DNA from: Candidatus Aenigmatarchaeota archaeon
Lineage (GTDB): Archaea; Aenigmatarchaeota; Aenigmatarchaeia; CG10238-14
Assembly: GCA_018920365.1 (NCBI GenBank)
Contig: JAHLMM010000001.1
Span: forward strand, 135,628 to 199,627
Length of the DNA stretch: 64,000 nucleotides
Reading direction: 5' to 3'
Positions 18,172 to 28,409 of this stretch are shown here, piece after piece (the stretch's first letter is position 1; every line of letters starts with the position of its first letter). The position numbers and the translations under genes were made by a program. The notes below the pieces were generated by a model. The model was not told the DNA's origin, searched no databases, and worked only from the letters and a program-made list of their open reading frames with translations.

Positions 18172-18468
18172 ATGAAGAAAAGAAACATTTTTTTGTTGTA
18201 TTTGTTTGGAATTTTGACATTGGGAATATACTTCATATATTGGTTTGTTGCAACAAAAAACGAAATAAACAGTCTAGGTGCAAAAATACCGACGGCATGG
18301 CTAATTATAGTGCCAATAGTAAATTTGTACTGGATGTACAAATACTGTGAAGGATTTTCCACATATGTCAAAAAAGACAACAATACAGTGTTATGGTTTG
18401 TTATTTTTGCACTTGCAGGTATAATAATGCCTGGAATTGTGCAATCAGAGCTTAACAAGAAAGCCTGA
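18172..18468 (+). CDS. Small membrane protein (possibly DUF4234-like, TLGIY..YW motif)
   Basis: Two to three TM helices with [15 protein letters not shown]; 98 aa. Confidence 0.4.
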   Translation: MKKRNIFLLYLFGILTLGIYFIYWFVATKNEINSLGAKIPTAWLIIVPIVNLYWMYKYCEGFSTYVKKDNNTVLWFVIFALAGIIMPGIVQSELNKKA

Positions 18469-18599
18469 TTTTTTCTTTTTTTATTATAAATTAATTAAAT
18501 AAAAAAATTAATATTAAATAATGCAAAAAAGTGAAGCATTTTTTAAATTCATATTAACAATTTTTAAATTCATATTTTTTTCTTTATTAAACTTTTTTT

Positions 18600-19124
18600 T
18601 TGAATTATATTAAGTATTTTTTTCTATTATGCCTTATAGTATTTTTTTTATTAAACATTTTATTTATTATTTTAAATATTAATCCAAATTTATCTTTTAA
18701 TTTTCTTAAGAATCTTGCATTTATTGATACTATATATAAAAAAGATTCTTCTAATCTAAGCGTGAATGAGATAGCAAAATTATTCTCACTTCTTACTCTC
18801 ATTTTATATATTATTTCAATTCCTATAGAATTTGCTTTAAAAAAAATGTTTCGATTTAAAAAAAATACTCCATTAAAAACAAAATTTTTCTTGTTTTTTA
18901 AAATTATTAGTTTAATTTATCTTTTTGATGTTTTGATTATTTTATTTAATTATAATTTAGATAAAAGTTTTTTAATTACATTTATTGCTTTATACGTCAT
19001 GAATTTAATTTACGCTATATTTTATTTTCTTTTAATTTTTTTAATAAACAAAATTCCCCCTCTTGATTGGTCAATAGCAAATATTCTTGAAAAAAATCAA
19101 TTTATCTTTAAAACTATAAATTAA
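18600..19124 (+). CDS. Hypothetical highly hydrophobic membrane protein inside an extremely AT-rich patch (gene call uncertain)
   Basis: 174-aa F/L/I/N-rich ORF; the whole of 18470-19130 is poly-A/T rich, so an open frame could arise by chance. Confidence 0.3.
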   Translation: MNYIKYFFLLCLIVFFLLNILFIILNINPNLSFNFLKNLAFIDTIYKKDSSNLSVNEIAKLFSLLTLILYIISIPIEFALKKMFRFKKNTPLKTKFFLFFKIISLIYLFDVLIILFNYNLDKSFLITFIALYVMNLIYAIFYFLLIFLINKIPPLDWSIANILEKNQFIFKTIN

Positions 19125-20041
19125 ATCATAATTTCATCTCTCAAAATCAAATGAGTGTTTCTAACCAGTTGTTCAAATATATTTTTTAACTCGATTGTAA
19201 ACTCATCATATTTCTTAAAATTATTATAATTGGTTTCAAATCTTCTGATATACAAGTCTGTTATCTTCTCTTTATCTCTTTTAATTACAGCTTTTTTAGT
19301 GTCATAAAACAATTTCAGCCAAGACTTTAAAACTTTATACATAAGTTTTCTTTTTTTATTCTCATAAACCTTGTAATTGAATTTTTTCATACCAGGTGTT
19401 TGTTGTTTATTCAGCAAATAACTAAAGGCGATCAAATTTATTCCTATGTTATCTAGATGCCTCAATATTCTTGAAATTACAATTATTTCATTAGATGTTT
19501 TTTTCAACTTGTTTAAATACAAAGAATCTTTTAAGGCTAAATTGCATGCTTTAAAGGCTAAATTATGATTTCTTACAATTAAAGAATTTTTATCGAGTGT
19601 TCTATCTCCTGGTTCCTCGTCTTTTTTTATCCGTTCCAATATATCTTTACCCATAATTCCAATAAAAGAAAACATTTGATTGATTATTTTGTCTATATTA
19701 ACATCTTCTATTCTTAATAAATCAGTGAAAATTATTTGATTTTGTTTTTGCTCAGCTACTTCTAAGCCAACAATCCTTTTGTGTGTCATATCAAGAAAAT
19801 CTAGCTGCTCATCTGTCAACTCTCCTGAGACTATAATCTTTGAATAACCTAGTGTGTATGCTTTTAGAATTTTATAATATATCTTATCTGCATTCATTGT
19901 TTTGTCAACATTTATTATAAACTCTTTTTCTGTTTTCTTCATGTCCCCTGGTGTTATCAACAAAGACCCGTCCTCTGCCTCTTGTATCTCAACTTCTCTT
20001 TTGTTTTCTATGTCAAATCTTCTAGACCATGCTAAAGGCAA
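19121..20041 (-). CDS. Putative regulator with SpoVT/AbrB-like N-terminus and PhoU-like helical domain (tentative)
   Basis: RRFDIENKREVEIQEAEDGSLLITPGD resembles an AbrB swapped hairpin; long helical remainder; assignment by pattern only. Confidence 0.3.
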   Translation of the reverse strand: MPLAWSRRFDIENKREVEIQEAEDGSLLITPGDMKKTEKEFIINVDKTMNADKIYYKILKAYTLGYSKIIVSGELTDEQLDFLDMTHKRIVGLEVAEQKQNQIIFTDLLRIEDVNIDKIINQMFSFIGIMGKDILERIKKDEEPGDRTLDKNSLIVRNHNLAFKACNLALKDSLYLNKLKKTSNEIIVISRILRHLDNIGINLIAFSYLLNKQQTPGMKKFNYKVYENKKRKLMYKVLKSWLKLFYDTKKAVIKRDKEKITDLYIRRFETNYNNFKKYDEFTIELKNIFEQLVRNTHLILRDEIMI

Positions 20042-20143
20042 GGAAACAACAAATGTCTGGCCAAATTTTATTGCCTTTCTTTTTATATAAAATCACCAAT
20101 ATTATATAATTTATAACAAATATATATAATTTGTCTTTTTCTA

Positions 20144-20404
20144 ATGATTAATTTAGGTGATAGGATGAAAGAAAAAAAATATACCGAAGGAATGCCGGAT
20201 AAGAAATATTTTGGGCAACTGAATGAACTTAACGACGCTAGCCCATATCAACAATTGGAACAGCTTTTGGATTTAATGAAAAGATATGGGGAAGGAACTG
20301 CACAAATGTATGCAATAGCTGCGTATGGAAATTTTTTGGGGCTTGCGGGTTTTGATAAGTTGGAAGAAGTATACAGGTCTAGATTAACACCTGAAACCAA
20401 GTAG
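20144..20404 (+). CDS. Hypothetical protein (86 aa)
   Basis: Intact ORF in an intergenic slot with AT-rich promoter-like upstream; no motif recognised. Confidence 0.3.
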   Translation: MINLGDRMKEKKYTEGMPDKKYFGQLNELNDASPYQQLEQLLDLMKRYGEGTAQMYAIAAYGNFLGLAGFDKLEEVYRSRLTPETK

Positions 20405-20473
20405 TTTTAATTTTTTTATTTTTTTACCTAATGTATTTAAAAATATTAAAATTTCTAATCTCTAAAGATTATT

Positions 20474-21097
20474 ATGGAATCTCTGCTAAAGTTGGCTGAA
20501 AAAATCCAAGACAAAGACCTTAGAAAAAAGGTTATAGATTATATTAAAGATAAGAAGCTTAAAAACAAGCATTTTGAAAAATACAAAAGGGAGGATTTAG
20601 ATAAAGCTGGCTCTTACTTTTCTGTAGGTAATGCAAGTTTAGGTCCTATAGAAAGGGATGTTGTTCATCACACAACTGTTCTGACGCATTTAGTTATACA
20701 GACTGCAAAAATAATAGAAGCTGGTTATGGAATAAAACTTGATATGGATGCCTTAGTTGCTGCCTCAATATGTCATGACATCATGAAATCAACAGAATAT
20801 AATAGAGATGATTCTGGCGAGTTAGAACCAACAGGAATAAGTCTTGATCATACAATGCTTGGCACAGCAGAATTGTATGCAAGGGATTTTCCAGAAGAAG
20901 TCATTCACATAGTTGCCTCGCATGCTGGCGAAGCTGGCACTACACCACCAAGATCATTTGAAGCTGTCATCTTTCATCATTTGGACACTTTAGCATCATT
21001 AATGGAATATTATGCATTAGGCTACTCTAAAATAAATGAAAAGTTGAAGAAAATTGTTGAAGAAAAAATGAATGAAATGGGTGAAAAATCTGAATAA
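20474..21097 (+). CDS. HD-domain phosphohydrolase
   Basis: H..HH...V...V, then ICHDIMK (HD motif), and later His/Asp residues; 207 aa. Confidence 0.7.
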   Translation: MESLLKLAEKIQDKDLRKKVIDYIKDKKLKNKHFEKYKREDLDKAGSYFSVGNASLGPIERDVVHHTTVLTHLVIQTAKIIEAGYGIKLDMDALVAASICHDIMKSTEYNRDDSGELEPTGISLDHTMLGTAELYARDFPEEVIHIVASHAGEAGTTPPRSFEAVIFHHLDTLASLMEYYALGYSKINEKLKKIVEEKMNEMGEKSE

Positions 21098-22205
21098 ATT
21101 TTCTGATTTAATAGACATTCTTAAAAATGAGATAAAGAATGTCCAAAGCGGTAATAAAGTTTGTATAATTCATCATGATGACGCTGATGGTTGTACTTCT
21201 GCTGCGTTAATGTCTATATTGCTTTTTAGACTAACCAACCAATTTCCTGACTTGTTTCCTATAAGAGGACCCAATAACCTTTCAAAATCATTAATGTCAA
21301 AGCTAAAAATGATAAATCCGGATTTTGTTTTTACTTTAGACGTCACAATAGATCCAAAAAAACTCAATGTTTTTAATGGTTTTATACTGGATCATCATAT
21401 ACAAAACATTCAAAGCAAAAGTAATATGAAATACATAAACCCTAGACTGCTTGAAGAAAAAGATGAATTAATACCACCAACTTCTTGCATGGTTTATAAG
21501 CTTTTGAAATCGTTTTTCCCAGAAGAAAAGGTTTCATGGATCGCCGGTATAGGTATAACAGAAGATCATAGAGTTGAATTATGTAAAGATGTTTTTGAAG
21601 ATGTAAAAAGAGAGTTCAGCAGTTTTTTTGATTTAGATGATATAAGCCAACAAAGTGTTGAAAATTCTGTTTTTGGTGAATTGTGGGATATGACTAGATC
21701 AGGAAGAATGATTAAAAGGATTAACGGTGCTGTTACAGTAGTTAACGCATTAATAGAATGTAAAAACGACCCTGGAAAATTTTTGAATGGAATTGGAACA
21801 AATGCATATATTGTAAGAAGATTTTATGAAACTATTGAAAGAGAAGGTAGAAAGATTATTGATGATGTTAAAGCAAACGGCAAATTTTTGCATGATAAAA
21901 AAATACTAATTTATGAAGCAAAACAAAGCAGCATAAATTCTATAACATCTTTCGCTTCTGACAAATTAAGACAGAAATACCCTGATTGGATAATATGTGT
22001 TATAGGCAGAGACAGAGGGTTTAATGTTAAATTAAGCATAAGAATAGAGCAAAGTATGATTAATGTTAATTTAGTTGATATTGTAAACAAAATAAAAAGT
22101 GAAATGCCTACAGTCAAAGGCGGTGGACATAAATCTGCTGTTGGTGTTACACTGGCAAAAAGCGACTTGAAAAGATTTTTAGAGCTTTTTCAAAGCTTCT
22201 TTTAG
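21072..22205 (+). CDS. DHH/DHHA1 phosphoesterase (RecJ-like / nanoRNase-like)
   Basis: IIHHDDADGCTSAAL (motif I/II), LDHH (motif III), GGGHKSAVG (DHHA1 GGGH). Confidence 0.7.
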   Translation: MKWVKNLNKFSDLIDILKNEIKNVQSGNKVCIIHHDDADGCTSAALMSILLFRLTNQFPDLFPIRGPNNLSKSLMSKLKMINPDFVFTLDVTIDPKKLNVFNGFILDHHIQNIQSKSNMKYINPRLLEEKDELIPPTSCMVYKLLKSFFPEEKVSWIAGIGITEDHRVELCKDVFEDVKREFSSFFDLDDISQQSVENSVFGELWDMTRSGRMIKRINGAVTVVNALIECKNDPGKFLNGIGTNAYIVRRFYETIEREGRKIIDDVKANGKFLHDKKILIYEAKQSSINSITSFASDKLRQKYPDWIICVIGRDRGFNVKLSIRIEQSMINVNLVDIVNKIKSEMPTVKGGGHKSAVGVTLAKSDLKRFLELFQSFF

Positions 22206-22581
22206 CTTAAACAGTCATTTTATTACTTTTTTTGTCTCATTCATACAAACCTTGGTGCTTGAAAAAGAAAGTATATTAACAATCCAATTTTTGTTTTGTG
22301 ATAAAAATGGAGTGTAAAAGATGCCATTCCCATAGTGTTGTTGTATTTTTAGATTTTCTAGGAAACAAAAGAGCATTCTGTCATGAATGTGATTTTTCAA
22401 TGCTACTACAGCAAAATCAATTAACTCAAAAGAAATTGAGTGAGTTTGCTGAATACTATAGAGGTGGTTGGTTTGGAAGAAATGAAATTGTTGGAAAACT
22501 ATCTGTTTGAAGATAGAGGGAAATTAAAGCATAAGCTAAGCATGAAAAACAATAGTTTGATTTTTGGCTGGATAAGACCAG

Positions 22582-23250
22582 TCACTTTTTCTTCAAAACA
22601 AAAAATCCATGATCCTTTTCAAATGGATCTAGCACAACAAAATTTATCACATTAAAATACTTTTCAAGCTTCTCTCTCTCCTCCTTATAAACAATTTGAG
22701 GTTTTTTAGAAACATTTATACTTCTTGATTTGATTGCAATCATTGCATAACCATTCTCCTTCAAAAAATACTTGCAATTTCTTATAAGAACTTCTGACAT
22801 ATCTGGTACAGCTACGTCTGCATATACTAGATCAACATTCTCAATCCAAGAATAATCTTCTGGCATTCTTGCATCTGATAATATTGGAACTATATTCTTT
22901 CTATCTTCAGCTATACCCAATATTTCTCTTAGAACTCTTTCTGATATCTCTATTCCATAAATTATTCCTTTACTACCAACTATATCGCTAAAATGACTAG
23001 ATGTTGTTCCAGATGCTATTCCTAAATACAAAATTTTCATTCCTTTGTGTATAGGAAATACATCCAAACCTTTGTAAATTGCTGCTGCTGGTTTTGATCT
23101 CGTTGGATCCCATAATCTATACTCCTTTCCATCTTTTTTTACAAGTTTTTCATCATAAACAGATTTTCCTTTAACCAAATTTTCTGTTGCTAGTTTACCA
23201 TTTATCCAAAAGACTCCATCAAATGTTTTTCTATTAAAAATTTTTGACAT
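22582..23250 (-). CDS. flpA: Fibrillarin-like rRNA/tRNA 2'-O-methyltransferase
   Basis: KILYLGIASGTTSSHFSDIVG SAM-binding motif and fibrillarin-like N-terminus; 222 aa; adjacent to nop5. Confidence 0.85.
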   Translation of the reverse strand: MSKIFNRKTFDGVFWINGKLATENLVKGKSVYDEKLVKKDGKEYRLWDPTRSKPAAAIYKGLDVFPIHKGMKILYLGIASGTTSSHFSDIVGSKGIIYGIEISERVLREILGIAEDRKNIVPILSDARMPEDYSWIENVDLVYADVAVPDMSEVLIRNCKYFLKENGYAMIAIKSRSINVSKKPQIVYKEEREKLEKYFNVINFVVLDPFEKDHGFFVLKKK

Positions 23251-24294
23251 CTAACCTTCCCTCAAAATTTTTTCTATCCTCTCCTTCAACTCTTTTTTAA
23301 GTTCCTCTGATTTGTCGCCGCTGCCATAAAAGTCCATCTTTATTGCTATACTTAATTTTGAAGCTATGACTCTAGCTATTTTACCTCTTTTATTTGGCGG
23401 TGCTTGCTGAATTAAATTATGTGTGAACAAGACGCCGTGTTTTGGTGATTTACCATGACCGTGCAAATATCTAAATAATGCCTTTTCTGCACCCAAAAGT
23501 TGAATTGTTGAAGATGGTTTTTTTGCTAATTTATCATATCCGCCTGCCAGAGCAATTAATCTTGCTGCTAAAAGAGGCCCTGCTATTGAAGAAAAGTTTG
23601 GTGATATTTCTTTTAGCAAATCTTCTAAATATTTTTCCATCTTTTCTCTTAACTTGTACATATTGTAAATTGCTGTCGCATACTCTTTTACTATCTCTTC
23701 ATCTTTTTCATTGAAATCTAAACCCATGCTACTTTTTGCTAAATCTGCAAACTCTGAAATTTTATCTCTTGATCCAAAAATTGATATCAATTTAATGAAT
23801 TTTTCGTGCTTGTCTATTTTTTGTTCTAATTCTGGAAAATGAAGTCCATACCATTCTCTTATTCTTGCCACATAAATGTTTATTGACTTGTCTATTTCAT
23901 CTATTGCATCTACAACTTCCATTGCAATCCTATCCTTTTTGACATTTTGCTTTATCCTTATCTTGGTCAACTCTATACCAAAATTAGTTAAATACTCGTT
24001 TATATCTTGAAAGCCAATTTCATCAACAATTTTTCTAAAATTTTTTCTTATAATCAGTTCACCAAAATTGTTTTGTTCAAAAATATAATTTTCATTTTTC
24101 TTGGAAGAAACAAATTCATTAAATCCTTTTGTTTTTAATCTGTTTATCAAAACCAGTTCTTCATTTATCATATTTGGTGAAATTTTCAAAGCGTTTTTCT
24201 TATCTCCTTTTTTAAAATACTCTCTATCAACAATATTCCCACTTTCATCTACTGCAAATACCCCCAATGGATTTACTACAATAAAACATTTCAT
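23251..24294 (-). CDS. nop5: Nop5/Nop56-like C/D box snoRNP protein
   Basis: NOP domain GYDKLAKKPSSTIQLLGAEKALFRYLHG..GKSPKHGVLFTH; immediately upstream of fibrillarin. Confidence 0.85.
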   Translation of the reverse strand: MKCFIVVNPLGVFAVDESGNIVDREYFKKGDKKNALKISPNMINEELVLINRLKTKGFNEFVSSKKNENYIFEQNNFGELIIRKNFRKIVDEIGFQDINEYLTNFGIELTKIRIKQNVKKDRIAMEVVDAIDEIDKSINIYVARIREWYGLHFPELEQKIDKHEKFIKLISIFGSRDKISEFADLAKSSMGLDFNEKDEEIVKEYATAIYNMYKLREKMEKYLEDLLKEISPNFSSIAGPLLAARLIALAGGYDKLAKKPSSTIQLLGAEKALFRYLHGHGKSPKHGVLFTHNLIQQAPPNKRGKIARVIASKLSIAIKMDFYGSGDKSEELKKELKERIEKILREG

Positions 24295-24337
24295 TATTTA
24301 AAGTAAGAATATTATGCTTAAATAATAATCACAAATG

Positions 24338-25489
24338 CTAAAAAGTTGTTATTTTGCCGTTTATTATATCAACTGTTAATTCTTCAAAATTCTTTCTTGA
24401 AAGTCTTTCTTGAACAAATTCTGTTATTTTTTTCTCATTTATTTTTTCTTTGCTTATATATTTAATTCCTATGAAAGGCTCATCTATTGGCTTGCCTATT
24501 TTTGAAACTAGAATTATTTCAACATTGCCTAACTTGAACTCTTCTTGTATTTCTGAAGACAATTTAGTAGCAAAAATATTGTATATTTTGCCTACATGAG
24601 AAACTGGGTTTTTGCCTGAAACTGCTTCAAGCGAGGTAAACCTGAAAGGTGTTATTAAGCCATTACATCTGTTACCTCTACCAACTTGACCATCATCACC
24701 GTTTTCCCATGAGACTCCGCTGACTGTAAGATATATGTTATCTTTGCTATCAGCAGTATTTATCATAAAATTGATATCTGGAAATTGTTTTTTCAAAAAA
24801 TCCAAAGTTTTTGCTTTCTTTTCAAAATAGTCTTCATAATTTTCAACAAATTCTGAAACAAAAGCCATTGCAACAGTTATATCTATGTCATGACCGCTTC
24901 TTATTCCCATTACTTTGATATCTTCGCCGACAAAATTATTTTTCTGTCTAAATTTTGAATTTAATGTTTTTTCAACATCAAGAACTGTTTTTTCAAGTTT
25001 TGTTAGAGGTGCAAACCCTACGCCAAAGGATGTATCATTTGCTAAAGGTATTTGTCCTTTGCTAAAGCTCTCATATAATTTGACCAAATCATTTGATCCG
25101 GGATGAATCTTTATTTTTATTTCTGGGTTTAGCTTATCTATAAATCTGATGTTTTTCTCGAGATAATCCAAAGTTTGTTCATGCAAAATCTTTCTTATGT
25201 CGTCTATATTTTTTATTATTGATGCTGTGCCTGCTATTGTTATTTCTGGTGGTTGTATTATTTTACCGCCACTAAAAACAGGGTTGGCAACACCACCGAC
25301 TATAAGACCTTTGTCAAGGTTATGGTGAAGTACAAAACCTTTTTCTTTAATATAAAATTTTGACAGCTCCTCTGATGCAAATTCACATATGCCATCAATA
25401 ACACTGTCTGGATGACCAAGTCCTTTTCTTTCTACAATTTCAATATCAGAAGGAAATTTTCTAGTTTCTCTTTCAACCTTAATAAACAT
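24338..25489 (-). CDS. mat: Archaeal-type S-adenosylmethionine synthetase (MAT)
   Basis: VERKGLGHPDSVIDGI N-terminal signature of archaeal MAT; 383 aa. Confidence 0.8.
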   Translation of the reverse strand: MFIKVERETRKFPSDIEIVERKGLGHPDSVIDGICEFASEELSKFYIKEKGFVLHHNLDKGLIVGGVANPVFSGGKIIQPPEITIAGTASIIKNIDDIRKILHEQTLDYLEKNIRFIDKLNPEIKIKIHPGSNDLVKLYESFSKGQIPLANDTSFGVGFAPLTKLEKTVLDVEKTLNSKFRQKNNFVGEDIKVMGIRSGHDIDITVAMAFVSEFVENYEDYFEKKAKTLDFLKKQFPDINFMINTADSKDNIYLTVSGVSWENGDDGQVGRGNRCNGLITPFRFTSLEAVSGKNPVSHVGKIYNIFATKLSSEIQEEFKLGNVEIILVSKIGKPIDEPFIGIKYISKEKINEKKITEFVQERLSRKNFEELTVDIINGKITTF

Positions 25490-25554
25490 ATAATAGAATA
25501 ATAAAAACTGTAAATATTTATTATTTTCAAATACAACAATTATTTAGATATTTT

Positions 25555-25725
25555 ATGCAGAAAAAATGCAGTAGATGTGGTAAGCCAATAAAAGAAGTTG
25601 GAAGATTAGTAAGAGTTACATGGCTTGGATTTAGAGCACCACTTTGCAAATCTTGCAGGGATGCGTTGAGAAAAGAAGGCAAATCTTCTAACAAAACAAT
25701 AAAAAAGGTGAGGGAAAAATCATGA
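25555..25725 (+). CDS. Small Zn-ribbon protein (56 aa, below ORF-track cutoff)
   Basis: MQKKCSRCGKPIKEV...PLCKSCRD: two CxxC pairs; stop overlaps the next start as ATGA. Confidence 0.35.
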   Translation: MQKKCSRCGKPIKEVGRLVRVTWLGFRAPLCKSCRDALRKEGKSSNKTIKKVREKS

Positions 25726-25919
25726 ATTTTCTAAAGTTTATGTTGTTAATGCTTGGTGTAATCGGCTTACTTTTAATAGCCATAAGTTTGTGGATGATAT
25801 TTATAAACCAAAATCCTGAAGCTGTGACAAACGCAATAGCGTATTTGAGTATATCTATAGGAATATTATACTTGATTTTTATAGTTCTTATGACAATTAT
25901 CCTAAAAAAGCTTGCATAA
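25722..25919 (+). CDS. Small two-TM membrane protein
   Basis: 65-aa hydrophobic ORF translationally coupled to the Zn-ribbon ORF. Confidence 0.3.
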   Translation: MNFLKFMLLMLGVIGLLLIAISLWMIFINQNPEAVTNAIAYLSISIGILYLIFIVLMTIILKKLA

Positions 25920-26903
25920 ACCTTTTTTTATTGGCTCTGCATCTATACCTAATCTTTCTTTAATATTTTCTGCAAGTTCTTCTTTGAAACCGTGAAAAGT
26001 AAAAACTTTTTCTGGTGAAGATTGTTTTACAATTTTCAATAAACCTTTGAAATCTGCATGATCTGTTAAAGCAAATGCTTCATCAACACCTATTTTAACT
26101 TTAAAGTCTTCTTCTATTGCCCAACCACTAAACATTGCTGTTTTCATCTTACCATTTATATTTTTTATTGAAGATGCTTTCCTGCTTGAAGATGGAAGTA
26201 TGTAGATGGCTTGACCTTCAAAACCATCTGGTGCATTTGATAATGAAATAAAATCTCTGGTTGAAAAATTATATTTCCTACATATATTGTTTATTTGGTT
26301 GATATAATCATGCAATATAACAGCCACATCAAATTGTTCTGCTATTTTTGATATTATTTGAGCTTTGCCTAAAGGGTATCCAAAAAGTGCCAATGAGTTT
26401 CCGTTTTCTAATTCTGCTTTTATCCATTCTGTCGATCTATCTATAACATCTGTTATGCTAGGCATTTCATAAAACTCTGATCCATATGTGCTTTCCAATA
26501 TCATTATATCAGAATTAGGTATCTCTGCAGATTTCATATGAAATCTGTGTTTATCGCAAATATCGCCAGTGTAAAATATTTTCTTGTTTTTTATTTTTAG
26601 CAGCAATGACTTTGAGCCAATAACATGGCCCGAATCAAGCATTTTCACATTAAATCCGTTAAGATCAAATGTATCAAACGAAATTGTATTTATCATATCT
26701 ATACCTTTTCTAAATTGAATTAGCTCTCTTGTTGCGTGCGAAGTTATTTTTGGTATTACAGTTTCTGCATTAATAGAATGGTCCATATGCGCGTGAGATA
26801 TAAAAATAATATCTGCATCAACATTGATTTCAGGATCAAGTGATATTGTTTTTCCATCTATATCTAGATTCAAACTACCATTGTAAAAAATGTTTGCGGA
26901 CAT
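25902..26903 (-). CDS. Metallo-beta-lactamase-fold hydrolase (possibly RNA-processing beta-CASP-like)
   Basis: HAHMDH (HxHxDH) motif, later GHVIGS and His/Asp residues; 333 aa. Confidence 0.65.
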   Translation of the reverse strand: MSANIFYNGSLNLDIDGKTISLDPEINVDADIIFISHAHMDHSINAETVIPKITSHATRELIQFRKGIDMINTISFDTFDLNGFNVKMLDSGHVIGSKSLLLKIKNKKIFYTGDICDKHRFHMKSAEIPNSDIMILESTYGSEFYEMPSITDVIDRSTEWIKAELENGNSLALFGYPLGKAQIISKIAEQFDVAVILHDYINQINNICRKYNFSTRDFISLSNAPDGFEGQAIYILPSSSRKASSIKNINGKMKTAMFSGWAIEEDFKVKIGVDEAFALTDHADFKGLLKIVKQSSPEKVFTFHGFKEELAENIKERLGIDAEPIKKGLCKLF

Positions 26904-26973
26904 TCTAAATATTTTTTGTTTTTATAATTAAATCTTTAAATTAACTTTATACAATAATTCTTTAGGTGATAAC

Positions 26974-27528
26974 TTGATAATTTGGCTGTTGATTGCTATT
27001 GTTTTGTTTGTGTTAATACCAATAATGTACATAAACAAAATAATAGTTTTGTCAAATAGAATAGACAATGCTTGGTCTCAAATAGATGTACAACTAAAAA
27101 AAAGAGCAGACTTGGTTCCGAATCTTGTAAATACAGTTAAAGGCTACATGAAGCATGAAAGAAAGATAATAGAAGTTGTTACAAAATCTAGAGAAGAAAT
27201 GCTAAAGGCAGGAAACAACATGAAAGCCATAGCAAAAGCAGAATCTCAGTTATCTTCTGCGTTAAAAACAATATTTGCTCTTGCAGAAAACTACCCAAAA
27301 TTGAAATCAAATGAAAACTTTAAGCTTCTTCAAGAGCAGTTGGAATCTATTGAAAATAAAATAGCATATGCAAGGCAATTTTACAACGACTCTGTGCTAG
27401 AATATAACAATATGGTAACAACTATTCCAGGTGTGTGGTTTGTCGGTTTAACTGGTAAAGCAAAAACAAGAGAATATTTTGAAGCAAAAGATATTGAAAG
27501 AAAACCTGTGAAAGTTGACTTTGAATGA
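26974..27528 (+). CDS. LemA family protein
   Basis: N-terminal TM and WSQIDVQLKKRADLVPNLV...ENYPKLKSNENF, characteristic of LemA. Confidence 0.75.
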   Translation: MIIWLLIAIVLFVLIPIMYINKIIVLSNRIDNAWSQIDVQLKKRADLVPNLVNTVKGYMKHERKIIEVVTKSREEMLKAGNNMKAIAKAESQLSSALKTIFALAENYPKLKSNENFKLLQEQLESIENKIAYARQFYNDSVLEYNNMVTTIPGVWFVGLTGKAKTREYFEAKDIERKPVKVDFE

Positions 27529-28409
27529 AACTTAACTTTCATGAAGAAATTAAAAGAAATAAAAGAAGGTCTTTATTTTTAGTTTTTTTTATTTTTTGCT
27601 CGCTTATTTTTTCTATATACATTATTTCTTTAATTTTCAATTTTGCAGGCTCTATGATAATTTTTACATTTGCATTGATTTTTACAATATTGTACATTGC
27701 AAATGGTTGGTTTTTTGGTGATAAGATAATCTTGTCAGTAACAAAGGCAAAACCCATTTCTGATTTTTCCGGGGTAAAATATAAAAGACTAGAAAATATT
27801 GTCGAAGAAATAAGTATTGCTGCAGGAATACCAAAACCAAAAATTTATATAATAAAATCAAATGAAATGAATGCTTTTGCAACAGGCAGAGATCCTAAAA
27901 ACAGCAGTATTGCAATAACTACTTGTCTTGTTGAAAATTTGAATAGAGACGAACTTTCTGGAGTTATTGCACATGAAATTTCTCACATTGCAAATTATGA
28001 TATCAGGTTTTCAATGATTGTTTCTGTTATGATTGGTATTGTCGTAATTTTAGCAGATTTGTTTCTTAGAAATTTGAGATTTGCAAATAAAAATAACAAG
28101 AACTCTTTGTTTTTGATTTTTGGTTTGATTTTTGCTTTGCTTGCACCAATTTTCTTGCAATTTGTCAAGATGGCTATATCAAGAAAAAGAGAATTTTTGG
28201 CAGACTCTACAGCAGCAAAATTAACAAGATACCCAGAAGGCCTTGCAAGCGCTCTTGAAAAAATAGCTAAAACTAACAAGGGCAATTTAAACGTCAGTGA
28301 AGCTGTCTCGCATCTATTTTTTGTTGATCCGAACAAAAATATTTTGGACTATTTATCATCAACACATCCGCCTATAGAAGAAAGGATAAAAATCTTAAGA
28401 TCTATGTAA
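27525..28409 (+). CDS. htpX: HtpX-like M48 zinc metalloprotease
   Basis: HEISHIANYD (HExxH) plus downstream E, 4 TM; classic LemA-HtpX gene pair. Confidence 0.8.
   Translation: MKLNFHEEIKRNKRRSLFLVFFIFCSLIFSIYIISLIFNFAGSMIIFTFALIFTILYIANGWFFGDKIILSVTKAKPISDFSGVKYKRLENIVEEISIAAGIPKPKIYIIKSNEMNAFATGRDPKNSSIAITTCLVENLNRDELSGVIAHEISHIANYDIRFSMIVSVMIGIVVILADLFLRNLRFANKNNKNSLFLIFGLIFALLAPIFLQFVKMAISRKREFLADSTAAKLTRYPEGLASALEKIAKTNKGNLNVSEAVSHLFFVDPNKNILDYLSSTHPPIEERIKILRSM

Noticed and set aside
22215-22655. Small ORFs 22215..22400(-), 22298..22510(+), 22440..22655(+) between the DHH gene and fibrillarin
   Set aside because: They mutually overlap and have no motif beyond a CxxH/CxxC pair in 22298..22510. 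This is insufficient to call a gene. The region may be the fibrillarin terminator or downstream spacer.
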